DNA of 64,000 nt from Octopus vulgaris. Lineage: Eukaryota. Below are positions 1-13,571 of this stretch, piece by piece. The notes below the pieces were generated by a model. It was given only the letters and a program-made list of their open reading frames with translations. It did not search any database and was not told the DNA's origin. Positions within the stretch are counted from its first letter, which is position 1, and the number at the start of each line of letters is the position of its first letter. A program made the translations under genes and the position numbers. The stretch covers positions 22,382,001-22,446,000 of the forward strand of contig OX597832.1 of NCBI GenBank assembly GCA_951406725.2, in the 5' to 3' direction.

Positions 1-64
1 TAAACAAATGAATAAATAAATAAATAAATAAATAAATAAATAGCTAAATAAATAAATAAATAAA

Positions 65-452
65 TCTCTCTATATATAAACGGCAGTTTGTCTGTGCGTG
101 TTTCTGTGTGTCTGTTTTCTCGTACCCTCACCCTGACCACGGCTTTCAACCGATTCTGATGAAACTTGACACACGCATAGCCCAATGTCATAATTCAAAA
201 CTAACGCAGCGAAAATTTTGAAAAGTTAACCCCAGTTCTGAAAAAAATCGATAAATTCGACATGGGGTCGAGAATAAAAAAAAACAAACCACAGACTGTC
301 TAGGGGACGCAACTCAACCTTTTTTTACTCTCAAAAAAAAATTTACCATCATTTTTTTTCCATTTTTTTGCTATTTTTTGGCTATAACTCTCTAAAGATG
401 CTTTATAGTTATTTCCCTTACAAACCTGAGCAACGCCGGGCGATACTGCTAG
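65..452 (+). mobile_element. Non-autonomous Helitron-like element
   Basis: Starts TC, ends with a GC hairpin (CCTGAGCAACGCCGGG) followed by CTAG, and sits between A and T in a (TAAA)n tract. The last ~70 bp recur inverted at 63780. Confidence 0.75.
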
Positions 453-608
453 TAAATAAATAAATAAATAAGTAAATAAATGTCTCTCACTTTGCTTTTC
501 TCTTGTTTTCCGCTTGGTTTACCTTCGAAATCAATATCGAAGCTGACATTTTGTTTTTGTGTTTCGGTGGGGTTATTGCGATTTTTTATGTTTTTTTACT
601 CATTCTTT

Positions 609-656
<48 letters not shown>

Positions 657-777
657 GACTACTACTACTGCTGCTGCTGCTGCTGCTACTACTGCTGCTG
701 CTACTACTGCTACTATTGTTGCTGCTGCCACCGCTCCGCCACCACCACCTACACCACAGCTGTTGCTGCTGCTGCTG

Positions 778-816
<39 letters not shown>

Positions 817-865
817 TTATTTGTATTGTTCCCCTCATCCTACACATGGTGGCAAATAAAAGAAA

Positions 866-923
<58 letters not shown>

Positions 924-937
924 CATTATTATTATTA

Positions 938-998
<61 letters not shown>
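609..998. repeat. Compound trinucleotide microsatellites (CTA/CTG/CCA)n and (ATT)n
   Basis: Directly visible. Confidence 0.95.
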
Positions 999-1497
999 GG
1001 AGTGAAAGAGCAGTGCATGACATCAAAGTGACACTGGGGTACAATAATACGAAGCCCAGTATACTCACCATGACTACCCGTTTGATAAAGGTACACCAGG
1101 CACATGCATCACAACCATGCAGTGGAGGTCCAGTTAGAATTCTCTACAAGTCGAGTAGCCCATCCAGCTCAAAAGGCCTCTGATCAAGGTTTCTTTAAAA
1201 ATGATGAACGAAATACCCATATTTCCAGAGGTGAATTATCCAAACCCCAAAGAATTCCTCTCAACACATGGCTATGATGCCCCCACCCCAATACTCATGC
1301 TCGTAATATCGTCAGTCACTAAGGGACATGCTCAACTGGTTAAGGTCAAGCAAGTGACAAGCAAATCTATAGTGTTGAGCACAATATTTGCCGTAGCTTG
1401 CCTTTTACACCAAGACAATACAATGTACATGTTAACAATTCCAATCAGTTAAGATCAGAAACCATGAGAGCCACTGCCTGGTATTGCATCAGAATAT
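999..1497 (-). mobile_element. Non-coding interspersed element inserted in (TAA)n
   Basis: Flanked on both sides by (ATT)n. Its left end (GAGTGARAGAGCAGT.CATG.CATCAAAGTGAC) recurs as ~35 bp stubs in (ATT)n at 11594 and 11889, which suggests 5'-truncated retrocopies. Confidence 0.6.
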
Positions 1498-1800
<303 letters not shown>

Positions 1801-2015
1801 GGCGGTGAGCTGGCAGAATCGTTAGCACGTCGGGTGCTACTGCTCAGCGGTATTTCGTCTGCCGTTAGGTTCTACGTTCAAATTCCGCCGAGGTCGACTT
1901 TGCCTTTCATCCTTTCTAGGTCAATAAAATAAGTACCAGTTACACACTGGGGCCGATATAATCGACTTAATCTCTTCCCGAAATTTCAGACCTTGTGCCT
2001 ACAATAGAAAGGGTT
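1801..2015 (+). mobile_element. tRNA-derived SINE, family B (Nin-like central domain)
   Basis: Head GGCGGTGAGCTGGCAGAATCGTTAG, B-box GTTCAAATTCC, core GACTTTGCCTTTCATCCTTT..GGTC.ATAAA..AAGTACC. Many copies in the window. Confidence 0.85.
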
Positions 2016-2341
2016 ATAACTATTATTATTATTATTATTATGCCATCGTAAAAAATAAAAGAAATAAATATGCCGATAACCCCCCCCCCCCAAAAAAGAA
2101 TACGAACCAAACTCTGACATAATTTCCATTCCATTTACAGAGCTTATTTCTGTTTAGTTTAGTAGGTCTATACTCTTTCTTGAATGTTCGATTCATCGAA
2201 CCATGCTATATAGATTTTGCATTTGGAAATTGTGTTGGCAAACATCAATAGCAGAAGAAGGAATTTATTCTTTTCTTTCTTCTGATCATCAGCCAAGTTC
2301 TGAAGTGTTGTATTTAATGAAAGTGATGTCAACATATATGC

Positions 2342-2414
<73 letters not shown>

Positions 2415-2459
2415 CATTGCGTATGTATGTGTGCTTATATATATATATATATATATATA

Positions 2460-2493
<34 letters not shown>

Positions 2494-2846
2494 CATATGT
2501 ATAGATATATATATATATATATACATATACATATGTAGACTAAGGTATCTATGTACGCCTATATAAACATATGTGTGTATCTATGTATGTATATATGCAT
2601 ACATATACATATATACCGAACACACATATATGTGTGTGTGTGTTCGGTATATATGTATATGTATGCATATATATACATACATAGATACACACATGTTTAT
2701 ATAGGCGTACATAGATACCTTTGTCTACATACATATATATGCATACATGAATGTATGCATGCATAATACATACGCACCAATGCATATGAATATGTATATG
2801 TACGTGTGTGTGTGTGTGTGTGTGTGTGTACGTGCGTGTGCATGTG

Positions 2847-2901
<55 letters not shown>

Positions 2902-3851
2902 CACACACAATTAATAGGAGCAAAGAAGTTTAACGCAGTTTCAAAATGGAGCCTATCATGGTAGTACTGGTATTTTAGCGAATAACTATGTATGTACACA
3001 CAGACATAGACACACACACACTGAAATACACATAGGCATGTATTTCGCTTTTATGTTATTCGTACAAGACTCCCAATACGAAAACGTGTGTATTCGACCA
3101 TATATTTTATTTAGATAGTCACTCGACCCATAAAATATACACGCATTAATTGTAGTATACTTACGTTTTTATCGTCAGTTAAGTAATTAATTTAATTAAT
3201 TAATCAATTGATTCGTCATAGTCTTTAGCCACTCAAGTATGTCTTCTTCGCTTACTTTTCTCGCTCGAACTAACCCGGAATTTACTTCGTAGAATACAAA
3301 ATCTTTCTTCCGGTATCTGACATTTAAATGTTTTACAACGTCTATATTGTGTTTGTGTGTAATTTCAATTGGTGAATAGTTTCGAATCTATACACAAGGC
3401 CAGAAATTTATGGGGAAGGGCTAAGCAGAGCAGTGTATGGCGATGGATGTGTGTGTATGTGTGTGAGTGGGGGGTAGTAGCTTTGGTTTGGGTTTCGTTT
3501 GCATTGTATACATAGGCGGACAATTATATATATATATATATATAAAATTTTAAATTCACCGCAGAGAATTAATTTCTGCAGTATTATTTCCGGTATTTTT
3601 GCGCGCCAAAACCAAGACATTTGAAAGATAACCCCAAGTGTCATTGGTAGAACTGTATACATGTTCAATCGCATGCAGACGTCTCGCGTATAGTTCTGCA
3701 AATTATATTTGCATTTACGATCATACTGAAGAGCTACGGACAATTACGCAAGTAATTTTGCGTAAGTGTTAATAGCGAAATTAGTTCATGATTAATCTAT
3801 ATTTTGTTTCTTTTCATTTGTCTTGCTCGCTTACGTTCTGGCGTTTTGCTA

Positions 3852-3970
<119 letters not shown>

Positions 3971-4454
3971 TGTGTGTTTCTCTCTCTCTCTCACTCTCTT
4001 TATCTGTCTGTCTGTCAGTCAGTCAGTCTGTTTCTTTGTTTGTGTGTCTGCCTGTGTCTATTTATCTATCTTTTTATCTATCTATCTTTCTGCCGACCTA
4101 GGATTATCTCTCTTCGGTATTTCCTATTGAAGAAGGTCAAAGGGCAAGAAACGCTCGTCTGGGAATCCAATAGAGGGAAGCACTGGGGATTAAATGGTAT
4201 TTTTACAACTTTTACCGTAAGAGAGAATTTTTGACCTCCACGGTAACTTCAGTGGATATGCCGTTAGATGTTAAAATACATCATATTTTAATGTTTCCTT
4301 TTTATTGAAACTAAAAGTATTCTACATGACTCGTAGAACTCAAGCCAAGAGACAAATTATTTGTTTGAATTTCAATAAAAATCACTTTCTCTACAACATT
4401 TATCGAGCACTCCTCTGTCGTTTGTCAAACATAAACCAACGAATGCATATATCA

Positions 4455-4677
4455 TTTCTTTATTGCCAACAGGGGGCTAAACATAGTAGGGACAAACAAG
4501 GACAGATTAAGTCGATTACATCGTTCCCAGGGCATAACTGGTACTTACTTAAATCAACTGCGAAGAGATGAAAGGCAAAGTCGACCTCGGTGGAATTTGA
4601 ACTCACAACGTAACAGCAGATGAAATACCGCTAAGCATTTCGCCCGGTGTGCTAATGTTTCTGCCATCTCACCGCCC
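4455..4677 (-). mobile_element. SINE family B
   Basis: Reverse complement of the head, core and tail of the family. Confidence 0.85.
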
Positions 4678-4764
4678 AAGTGTGTGTATATATATATAGA
4701 AATATATATATGTATGTAATTATGTATGTATGTGTATAGATAAATAAATAAATAAATATATATA

Positions 4765-5170
4765 GGCGTAAGAGTGGCTGTGTGGTAAGTAGCTTGCTTA
4801 CGAACCACATGGTTCCAGGTTCAGTCCCACTGCATGGCACATTGGGCAAGTGTTTGCTACTATAGCCTCGGGCCGACGAAAGCCTTGTGAGTGGATTTGG
4901 TAGATGGAAACTGATTGAAGCCCGCCGTATATATGTATATATATATGTATGTGTATATATATGTTTGTGTATCTGTGTCTGTTCCCCCCAACATCGCTTG
5001 ACAAGCGACACTGGTGTGTTTACGTCTCCGTAACTTAGCCGTTCGGCAAAAGTGCCGATAGAATAAGTAGTAGGCTTACAAAGAATAAGTCCTGGTGCGG
5101 GGCGATTTGCTCGACTAAAAGCGGTGCTCCAGCACTGCTACAGTCACATGACTGAAACAAGTAAAAGAGT
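4765..5170 (+). mobile_element. tRNA-derived SINE, family A
   Basis: Head GAGTGGCTGTGTGGTAAGTAGCTTGC...GGTTCAGTCCC, TTGGGCAAG box, internal TA/TG tract, tail ACTGAAACAAGTAAAAGAG. Confidence 0.85.
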
Positions 5171-5401
5171 ATGTGTGTGTGTGTGCGTGTGTGTGTGTGT
5201 GTGCGTGTGTGTGTGTGTGTGCGTGCTTCAAAACTTGTACAAATGGACGACGAAGGAACAAATAAAAGATGTGTTTATTCTCTTTCGTTATCAACTGAAT
5301 TCATAATTTTTCGCCTTCAACAATAATATTGTTTATTTCGTTGATGTCAACAGCAGAGTGATTAATCTGTTTATCTCAATATATGTGCATATGTAGATGT
5401 A

Positions 5402-5496
<95 letters not shown>

Positions 5497-5521
5497 GTAT
5501 CTATCTATGTATCTATCTATG

Positions 5522-5558
<37 letters not shown>

Positions 5559-5595
5559 GTCTGTCTGTCTATCTTTCTATCTATCTATCCCCCTC

Positions 5596-5677
<82 letters not shown>

Positions 5678-5760
5678 TACACTCACACATACAATCAATC
5701 TAAGTTTATATGCGTATACATGCATGTACATAAATAGATAAATACATACATATATATATC

Positions 5761-6052
5761 TTTTATGCGCCCTTTTCAAGCCTAGCCAGGCTCATGGGCC
5801 CAGTTTCCCGGTCTCTGTAGCGTGTGTTCCCCCAGCTGAACGGGACTCCAGTCCATCGCAGTGTTACTCAAGAAACAGAAAGAAAGAGTGAGAGAAAGTC
5901 GGGGCGAAAGAGTACAGCAGGGGTCGCCACCACCCCATGCGGGAGCCTCGTGGAGCTTTTAGGCGTTTTCGCTCAATAAACATACACAACTCCCGGTCTG
6001 GGAAGGGAAACCGCGATCCTCCGACCGAAAGTCCGCTGCCCTAACCAATGTG
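5761..6052 (-). mobile_element. tRNA-derived SINE, family C
   Basis: Similar to 11021-11310 and 39700-39950 (GGCTCATGGGCCC.GTTTCCCGG, CGGGAC.CCAGTCCATCGCAG), with a tRNA-like head at the right end. Confidence 0.7.
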
Positions 6053-6112
6053 CCCCACACACACACGCACACGCACACATACACACACACACACACACAA
6101 ACATATATATAT

Positions 6113-6340
6113 AGCGAGCTGGCAGTAACGTTAGCATGCCGGACGAAATGCGTAGCCGTATTTCGTCTGCCGTTACATTCTGGGTTCGAATTCCGCCGAT
6201 GTCGACTTTGCCTTTCATCCTTTTAAGGTTGATAAATTAAGTACCAGTTACGCACTGGGGTCGATGTAATCGACTTAATTCGTTTGTCTGTCCTTGTTTG
6301 TCCCCTCTATGTTTAGTCCCTTGTGGGTAATCAAGAAACA
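6113..6340 (+). mobile_element. SINE family B
   Basis: Head, B-box, core and tail are all present. Confidence 0.85.
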
Positions 6341-6373
6341 TATATTTATAGATAGATAAATAGATAGATAGAC

Positions 6374-6441
<68 letters not shown>

Positions 6442-6479
6442 TCACATGCACACACACGCTCTCTCTGTTCATTCTCTCC

Positions 6480-6524
<45 letters not shown>

Positions 6525-6860
6525 ATACGTGTTTTTTCCCCCTTTATTGATTGTATTTTCTGTCCATGACGTGTGGCTCGAATAGGTTTTATTGTCATCT
6601 GATTTCCTGCGAATTTTGTTGATATTGCCAGTTTATCTTCCCTACAAACAACCCCCCGACACACAGACACACAGAAATGCACGCAAACACACTCACACAC
6701 AGATACACATGAACACTCACATACACACACATATACGTGCTAGCCCACACAAAGGTGTACACAGATTTATTGATAGAATTAAAAGTACATTTTCTCACAG
6801 TGCCTGACCAACCACCGTGATTTTTCAATAAAAAAAACCTTACGGTGCTCATACACCATT

Positions 6861-6897
<37 letters not shown>

Positions 6898-7038
6898 CAT
6901 ACACACACACACATCTACGTGTTATCTATAAGTGTAATTGTATTTGTGTGTGTGTATATTTATATATGCATTTACGTTTATATATGTTTGCATACAGATA
7001 TAGGAACAATCAACGTATATATATCCGTATATATCTAT

Positions 7039-7101
<63 letters not shown>

Positions 7102-7127
7102 CATAAGAAAAAATATATAATATATGT

Positions 7128-7197
<70 letters not shown>

Positions 7198-7267
7198 GTA
7201 CAAATATATATATATATATAAATGTAAAAGATAAAATTATTATCATAAAATGATGATGATGATGATG

Positions 7268-7298
<31 letters not shown>

Positions 7299-7302
7299 TA
7301 TG

Positions 7303-7387
<85 letters not shown>

Positions 7388-7625
7388 TAATAATATAGTG
7401 GCCAGTATGCAATTAAAAACAGTTGTGGTAAAATTTAATATAGATTTATAATTATATATAAAAAATATATAATTATAATGAAAGTTACTTGGAAAAAGGT
7501 ACACTAATCTATTTTTGCTCATTTCCTGTGTATATAATTATAGATTTAGATTAATTTTTACCGCTACGGTTTTAATCGATGCTAGCCACAGATATCCTTA
7601 TTATTATTTTATAATAATAATTTTA

Positions 7626-7677
<52 letters not shown>

Positions 7678-7713
7678 CATATATATATATATGTACACAT
7701 ATATATATATATA

Positions 7714-7761
<48 letters not shown>

Positions 7762-7834
7762 AATGAATGTTTTTATATATAAAGAACGTGAAATACAGGA
7801 AGGGACGAACACGGAACACAGACAAATCATTCGA

Positions 7835-7903
7835 AGCCTTCAATCTTCAGTCAGACACCGAATCATCATAGCAAATTTCGGCTGTTCAATTCTGATATTT
7901 GCT
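7835..7903 (-). ncRNA. Candidate hammerhead ribozyme with atypical strand order, copy 1
   Basis: Minus strand: AGCAAAU-A-UCAGA ... GAA-AUUUGCU ... UCUGA-CUGAAGA. Stems I (5 bp) and III (7 bp) are exact; stem II is weak. Confidence 0.5.
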
Positions 7904-8558
7904 CCAACTCGGCCAGCCCCAAGAAAAAAAACTAAGCTGTAAGCATAGATTTCTTGGTAGAAGACAGGAATGTGAACGCACAAGACGGATGTGAATACAA
8001 GAGACGAAAACGAAATTGAAAACAGTAATGAATAAACAAAATATATAGAACGGTGGTTGTCATACGACTTTAGACCAAATGAGACAAAAACACAACAACA
8101 ACATAGCTGGCGTAGAAATAATTACCGTTTCGGTAGCGGGGACACATGTTGGTCGAGATACGAAGGCCAACAGAATGGTTTAAGAAGCAGCAGGTCGCAG
8201 GAGAGAGAGAAAGAGAGACAGAGAGAGAGGGAATCAAAGAGGGTGGAAGGCAGGGGACAGAATCAGTGACCAAGAGAGAAGGAGAAAGAAGGGATTAAGG
8301 AGGATGGGAGGAAGAGGGGAGGAGGATCGGAGGAAGAGAGGGGAAGAATCGGAGGGCGCCAAAAAGTTTGGTGAAGAAGCAATGGCGGGTAGTAAAAGAC
8401 AGTGTGTATAGAAGTCGTGCAGGGTTTAAAATTGGACAAACAAACGGGGGGGGGGGGGGTGCACGTAACGCCGCAATAATATAAGAATGAATGTTTTTAT
8501 ATATAATGAACGTGAAATACAGGAAGGGACGAACACGGAACACAGACAAATCATTCGA

Positions 8559-8627
8559 AGCCTTCAATCTTCAGTCAGACACCGAGTCATCATAGCAAAT
8601 TTCGGCTGTTCAATTCTGATATTTGCT
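8559..8627 (-). ncRNA. Candidate hammerhead ribozyme with atypical strand order, copy 2
   Basis: Same arrangement as copy 1. CUGAAGA is at 8574-8568, GAAA at 8603-8600, and the predicted cleavage is after 8620. Confidence 0.5.
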
Positions 8628-8864
8628 CCAACTCGGCCAGCCCCAAGAAAAAAAACTAAGCTGTAAGCATTAGATTTCTTGGTAGAAGACAGGAATGTGA
8701 ACGCACAAGACGGATGTGAATACAAGAGACGAAAACGAAATTGAAAACAGTAATGAATAAACAAAATATATAGAACGGTGGTTGTCATACGACTTTAGAC
8801 CAAATGAGACAAAAACACAACAACAACATAGCTGGCGTAGAAATAATTACCGTTTCGGTAGCGG

Positions 8865-8900
<36 letters not shown>

Positions 8901-9097
8901 TATGTATGTATGCTTGCATTTATTTTAGTCACACCGATCATTGTATTTAATGCGAAAATATTTGATCGAAAACGTACATGGTGAGATGGGTAAATGATTG
9001 GCCTCATATATAAGTGTGAATGTATGTATATTTATGCATATATATGTGTGTGTGTGCGTGTGTGTGCGTGTGTGAATGTGTGTGTGTTTGTGTAATA

Positions 9098-9147
<50 letters not shown>

Positions 9148-10144
9148 TTATTTGCGGTAAATCTCACTGACGAGGGATAAGCGTGTATGTGTTGTATGGT
9201 TGTTGGTAATGTTTATATTTCGGATGAGGTGTGATAATTATTGTAGTCACCCATTTCTCATTTTCTGTTAAGCGTCCGATTATGTATGTGCATTGCCTCT
9301 GTGAATTGTCTTACTGTCGGATCATTTTACTGTGCTGAAAAGATATATATTTTAAAACTTTGCTATCGTCTGTTAATCCACAATATTTATCTGTGGTAAA
9401 GAAGCTGACAAATAACGCTATCCTTTATTGTTATAATTGTTTGATTGGCCTAGTGATTCGTCTATGGTAAAAGTTATTTTGTTATATAAATTGTGATCGT
9501 TTTTCTGTATCGGCCTTCAATACACGTATGTCTCACACAATATACAACGTATCAAGTTTGTCATTTAAAGTTTTGGCTTGGACTGTAATCAAATATTGTA
9601 CTTTCATTTTGCCACAATAGCTAAGTAAGTGTATATGCATGTGTGTGTGAGAGAGTGTGTGAATGTGTGTGTGTGTGTGCATTTGTAAATGCGTGAGTGA
9701 ATGTGTATGTGAGTGAATGTGTATGTGAGTATGTGTGTGTGTATGTCTGTGCGAGTGTGTGTGCGTGTGAGTATGTGTACATGTGTGTGTGTGTATGTGT
9801 GTGTGCGTGTCTGTTTGTTCGTGTACTTATAGAAGATATAAGCAGGTAATATCATATTATAAGCATGGTTTCTTTTTTAAAATCCACTTAATTCTAAGCT
9901 TTGTTCTTTGTAAAGCTTTCGGGAATCCATTAACGAGATTGCCTCTAGATGTAGCTGTAGTAACGACAAACGCCACATTGCACGGATCTGTTTTGACTAA
10001 TTCTTTGTATTTCGTTTCCAATTTGTTCCAGAATTTGCTGTGGTCTATAGAACATAGACCACATAGTCCGGGAAATCGCCCTAAATCCACTTCAGAAGCA
10101 AGCGAAACGAAATATCTCCAAAAATAAAGACGAGAGCGACAGAT

Positions 10145-10329
10145 ACTCTTTTATTTGTTTCAGTCAGTAGACTGTGGCCTTTAGTCGAGCAAATCGACCC
10201 CAGGACTTATTCTTTGTAAGCCAAGTACTTATTGTATCGGTCTGTGTAGCCGAACCGCTAAGTTACGGGGACGTAAACACACCAGCATCGGTTGTCAAGT
10301 GATGTTGGGGGAGAAAAAACAGACACACC

Positions 10330-10397
<68 letters not shown>

Positions 10398-10561
10398 CGA
10401 CGGGCTTCCTTCAGTTTCCGTATACCAAATCTACTCACAAGGCTTTGGTCGGCCCGAGGCTATAGTAGAAGACACCTGCCCAAGGTATCACGCAGTGGAA
10501 CTGAACCCGGAATCATGTGATTGGTAAGCAAGCTACTTACCACACAGCCACTCCTGCACCT
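10145..10561 (-). mobile_element. SINE family A
   Basis: Near full-length reverse-complement copy. Confidence 0.85.
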
Positions 10562-10833
10562 ATAATACAGTACTTCGTTGTAATTACAGCTTATCAATGC
10601 CGCACATTGATTTCTAGCAACACATGTATGTTAAGTATGTGGTATTACTAATGTCCTGCTTCTATTATAAACCTATTTATACAATATTTCATGCTTCTAT
10701 TATAGACCTGCTTCTATTACATAATTTGATTTTATTCAAATTGTGCGATGCAATTTCAGATCAGCAAATAGCTTGTATACTATTTGTATGTACTTCAGAT
10801 TAACGGTTCCGATTTCTTTTCACCTATTTCATA

Positions 10834-10950
10834 TGTGCAAGTGAGTCTTGGGCTACTACGAAGGGGGAAGAACAGCAATTGGATAAGACGCAAAGAGCCA
10901 CAGTAAGATTCATGCTAGGAATATCCTTGCTAGAACATATTCGAAATGAT
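10834..10950 (+). pseudogene. RTE-clade LINE ORF fragment (post-RT region)
   Basis: Translates CASESWATTKGEEQQLDKTQRATVRFMLGISLLEHIRND, resembling the RTE motif YASETW...QRAMER.MLG.SL..HIRN. Confidence 0.7.
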
Positions 10951-11020
10951 TAAAAAAATGCATCGGCGGGGCGATGCATACCCTGTGCGCTGATAAATTC
11001 TTTCGCAAATTATAGTGTTG

Positions 11021-11310
11021 TTTGTTCCTTCTCGAGTCATGCCTGGCTCATAAGGGCCGGTTTCCCGGTTTCTTGGCATATAGGTTCCCCACCTGGTCGG
11101 GACGTCGGTCCGTCGCAGGTGAGCTGCAACATGCAGGAGGAAAGAGTGAGAGAAAGTTGTGGCGAAAGACTCAGCAGAAGTTTCGCCATTATCTTCTGCC
11201 GGAGCTGCGTGGAGCTTAGGTGCTTCGCTCATAAACACCACACATCGCCCGGTCTGAGATTCGAACCTGCGAGTCCGCTGCTTTAACCACTAGGTCATGT
11301 GTCTCCACAA
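11021..11310 (-). mobile_element. SINE family C
   Basis: Similar to 5761-6052. B-box complement GATTCGAACC near the right end. Confidence 0.7.
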
Positions 11311-11372
11311 ATTATAGTGTGGTTTACAATGCGTAGGCATTGACATTGATCTTGAGCTTCTATGATAAACCC

Positions 11373-11464
<92 letters not shown>

Positions 11465-11507
11465 GTTGTTATTGTTATTATTATTATATTTATTATTATT
11501 ATTATTA

Positions 11508-11544
<37 letters not shown>

Positions 11545-11654
11545 CATTATTATCATTATCATTATTATTTTTATTATTATTATTATTATTATTGAGTGAG
11601 AGAGCAGTTCATGCCATCAAAGTGACTATCATTATTATTATTATCATTATTATC

Positions 11655-11763
<109 letters not shown>

Positions 11764-11779
11764 ATTATTATTATTATTA

Positions 11780-11831
<52 letters not shown>

Positions 11832-11949
11832 CATTATTATCATTATTATCATTATCATTATTATTTTTTTATTATTATTATTATTATTGAGTGAGAGAGC
11901 AGTTCATGCCATCAAAGTGACTATCATTATTATTATTATCATTATTATC

Positions 11950-12028
<79 letters not shown>

Positions 12029-12572
12029 TACATTCACACGTTATGAACACAGTTGATGCCTGCTGTCGAGAGGAAGAGAATGAGAAAGGGAGAAGGAGGG
12101 GAGAGAGCGAGTCACTAGTCTACACCATCATACTTTGCGAGTTTATTGTTTTGTTTACCAATTTAGGAAATCAATAACATCGGAGAACACCTTTCGTTCT
12201 ATGTAGAGTTTCGAGATTTACGACTAGTTCACAGTTGAGACGCTTATATTCATTATTATTAGCCGTGGAACGTGGGAAAAAGTGTTTAGGAATGTCTGTT
12301 TTATCTTGCACTGAAAAACAGTTTTATTGCTTAAACGGTTAGAAAAGGACCGCATAGCTTTGAATAGCTTCGACTTAATATCATGGCTTTTAAGTGTCTT
12401 ATAATCCTCTGAAGTAACTATGTTAGATTTTGCCGCCTTCAACAGAGACGAAAGCGACGTTTGGCACACTCGCTAGGGCATTGAATAAACTGCCGTGCAG
12501 TTTGCTTAGTGTTCCGTGTTTAATTCCTGCCGTGGTAAAATTTGCGTCTCACATTCTTGAGGTCATAGTACC

Positions 12573-13168
12573 TATATCTTTACTACCCACAAGGGGATAA
12601 ACACAGAGAGGACAAAGGACAGACAAATGTATAAAGTCGATTATATTGACCCCAGTGCGTAACTGGTACTTAATTTATCGGCCCTGAAAGGATGAAAGGC
12701 AAAGTCGACCTCGGCGGAATTTGAACGCAGAACGTTGTGACAGACGAAATACCTATTTCTTTACTACCCACAAGGGGCTAAACATAGAGAGGACAAACAA
12801 GGACAGACAAAGGGATTAAGTCGATTATATCGACCCCAGTGCATAACTGGTACTTAATTTATCGACCCCGAAAGGATGAAAGGCAAAGTCGACCTCGGCG
12901 GAATTTGAACGCAGAACGTTGTGACAGACGAAATACCTATTTCTTTACTACCCACAAGGGGCTAAACACAGAGAGGACAAACAAGGACAGACAAAGGGAT
13001 TAAGTCGATTATATCGACCGCAGTGCGTAACTGGTACTTAATTTATCGACCCCGAAAGGATGAAAGGCAAAGTCAACCTCGGCAGAATTTGAACTCAGAA
13101 CGTAGCAGCAGACGAAATACTGCTAAGCATTTTGCTCGGCGTGCTTACGATTCTGCCAGTTCACCGCT
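12573..13168 (-). mobile_element. Trimeric SINE family B with target-site duplication
   Basis: One head plus three ~180 bp body units, flanked by TTGAGGTCATAGTACC at 12557-12572 and 13169-13184. Confidence 0.85.
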
Positions 13169-13571
13169 TTGAGGTCATAGTACCACCGCAGATTTATGAT
13201 TTTCAGAAACTGGACACATACTGGACATTGTATTATTATTAACCGTGAAAGAGGAAAATACGGATGCTTTTTATCTTGTATTCAAAAATAATTTTATGGC
13301 TTAAACATTTAGAAAAAAAAAAAACATATAGCTTTGATTTGAATGATGGGTTTTTTTAAATGTCTTATAATCCTCTGAAGGACCCATGTTAGTATTTCTC
13401 AGGTTCCACTGAGACAAAAGCGGTGCTAGAGTTCAGGCGTTCGAGCGACAAACAAACACGCGCTGTATCTATTCTTGCCGTTCCCGCCGTGATCATCTTC
13501 TCGAAATGATAAATAAAGAACCAGTATAAATTTATGAAATTTACGATATGGTCACAGACAGTACACTGTAT

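Larger units (their letters stand above)
7757..8864 (-). mobile_element. Non-autonomous element with ~383 bp direct terminal repeats (pLTR/retrozyme-like) in (TA)n
   Basis: 7757-8139 and 8481-8864 are near-identical (period 724-725 bp) around a purine-rich spacer. (TA)n lies on both sides, and each repeat carries hammerhead core motifs. Confidence 0.7.

Noticed and set aside
9167-9180. Isolated CTGACGA, also CTGAAGA near 36120 and 37570
   Set aside because: No correctly placed GAAA, UH or stems.
9857-10090. 77 aa non-repetitive ORF
   Set aside because: No recognisable motif or exon structure.
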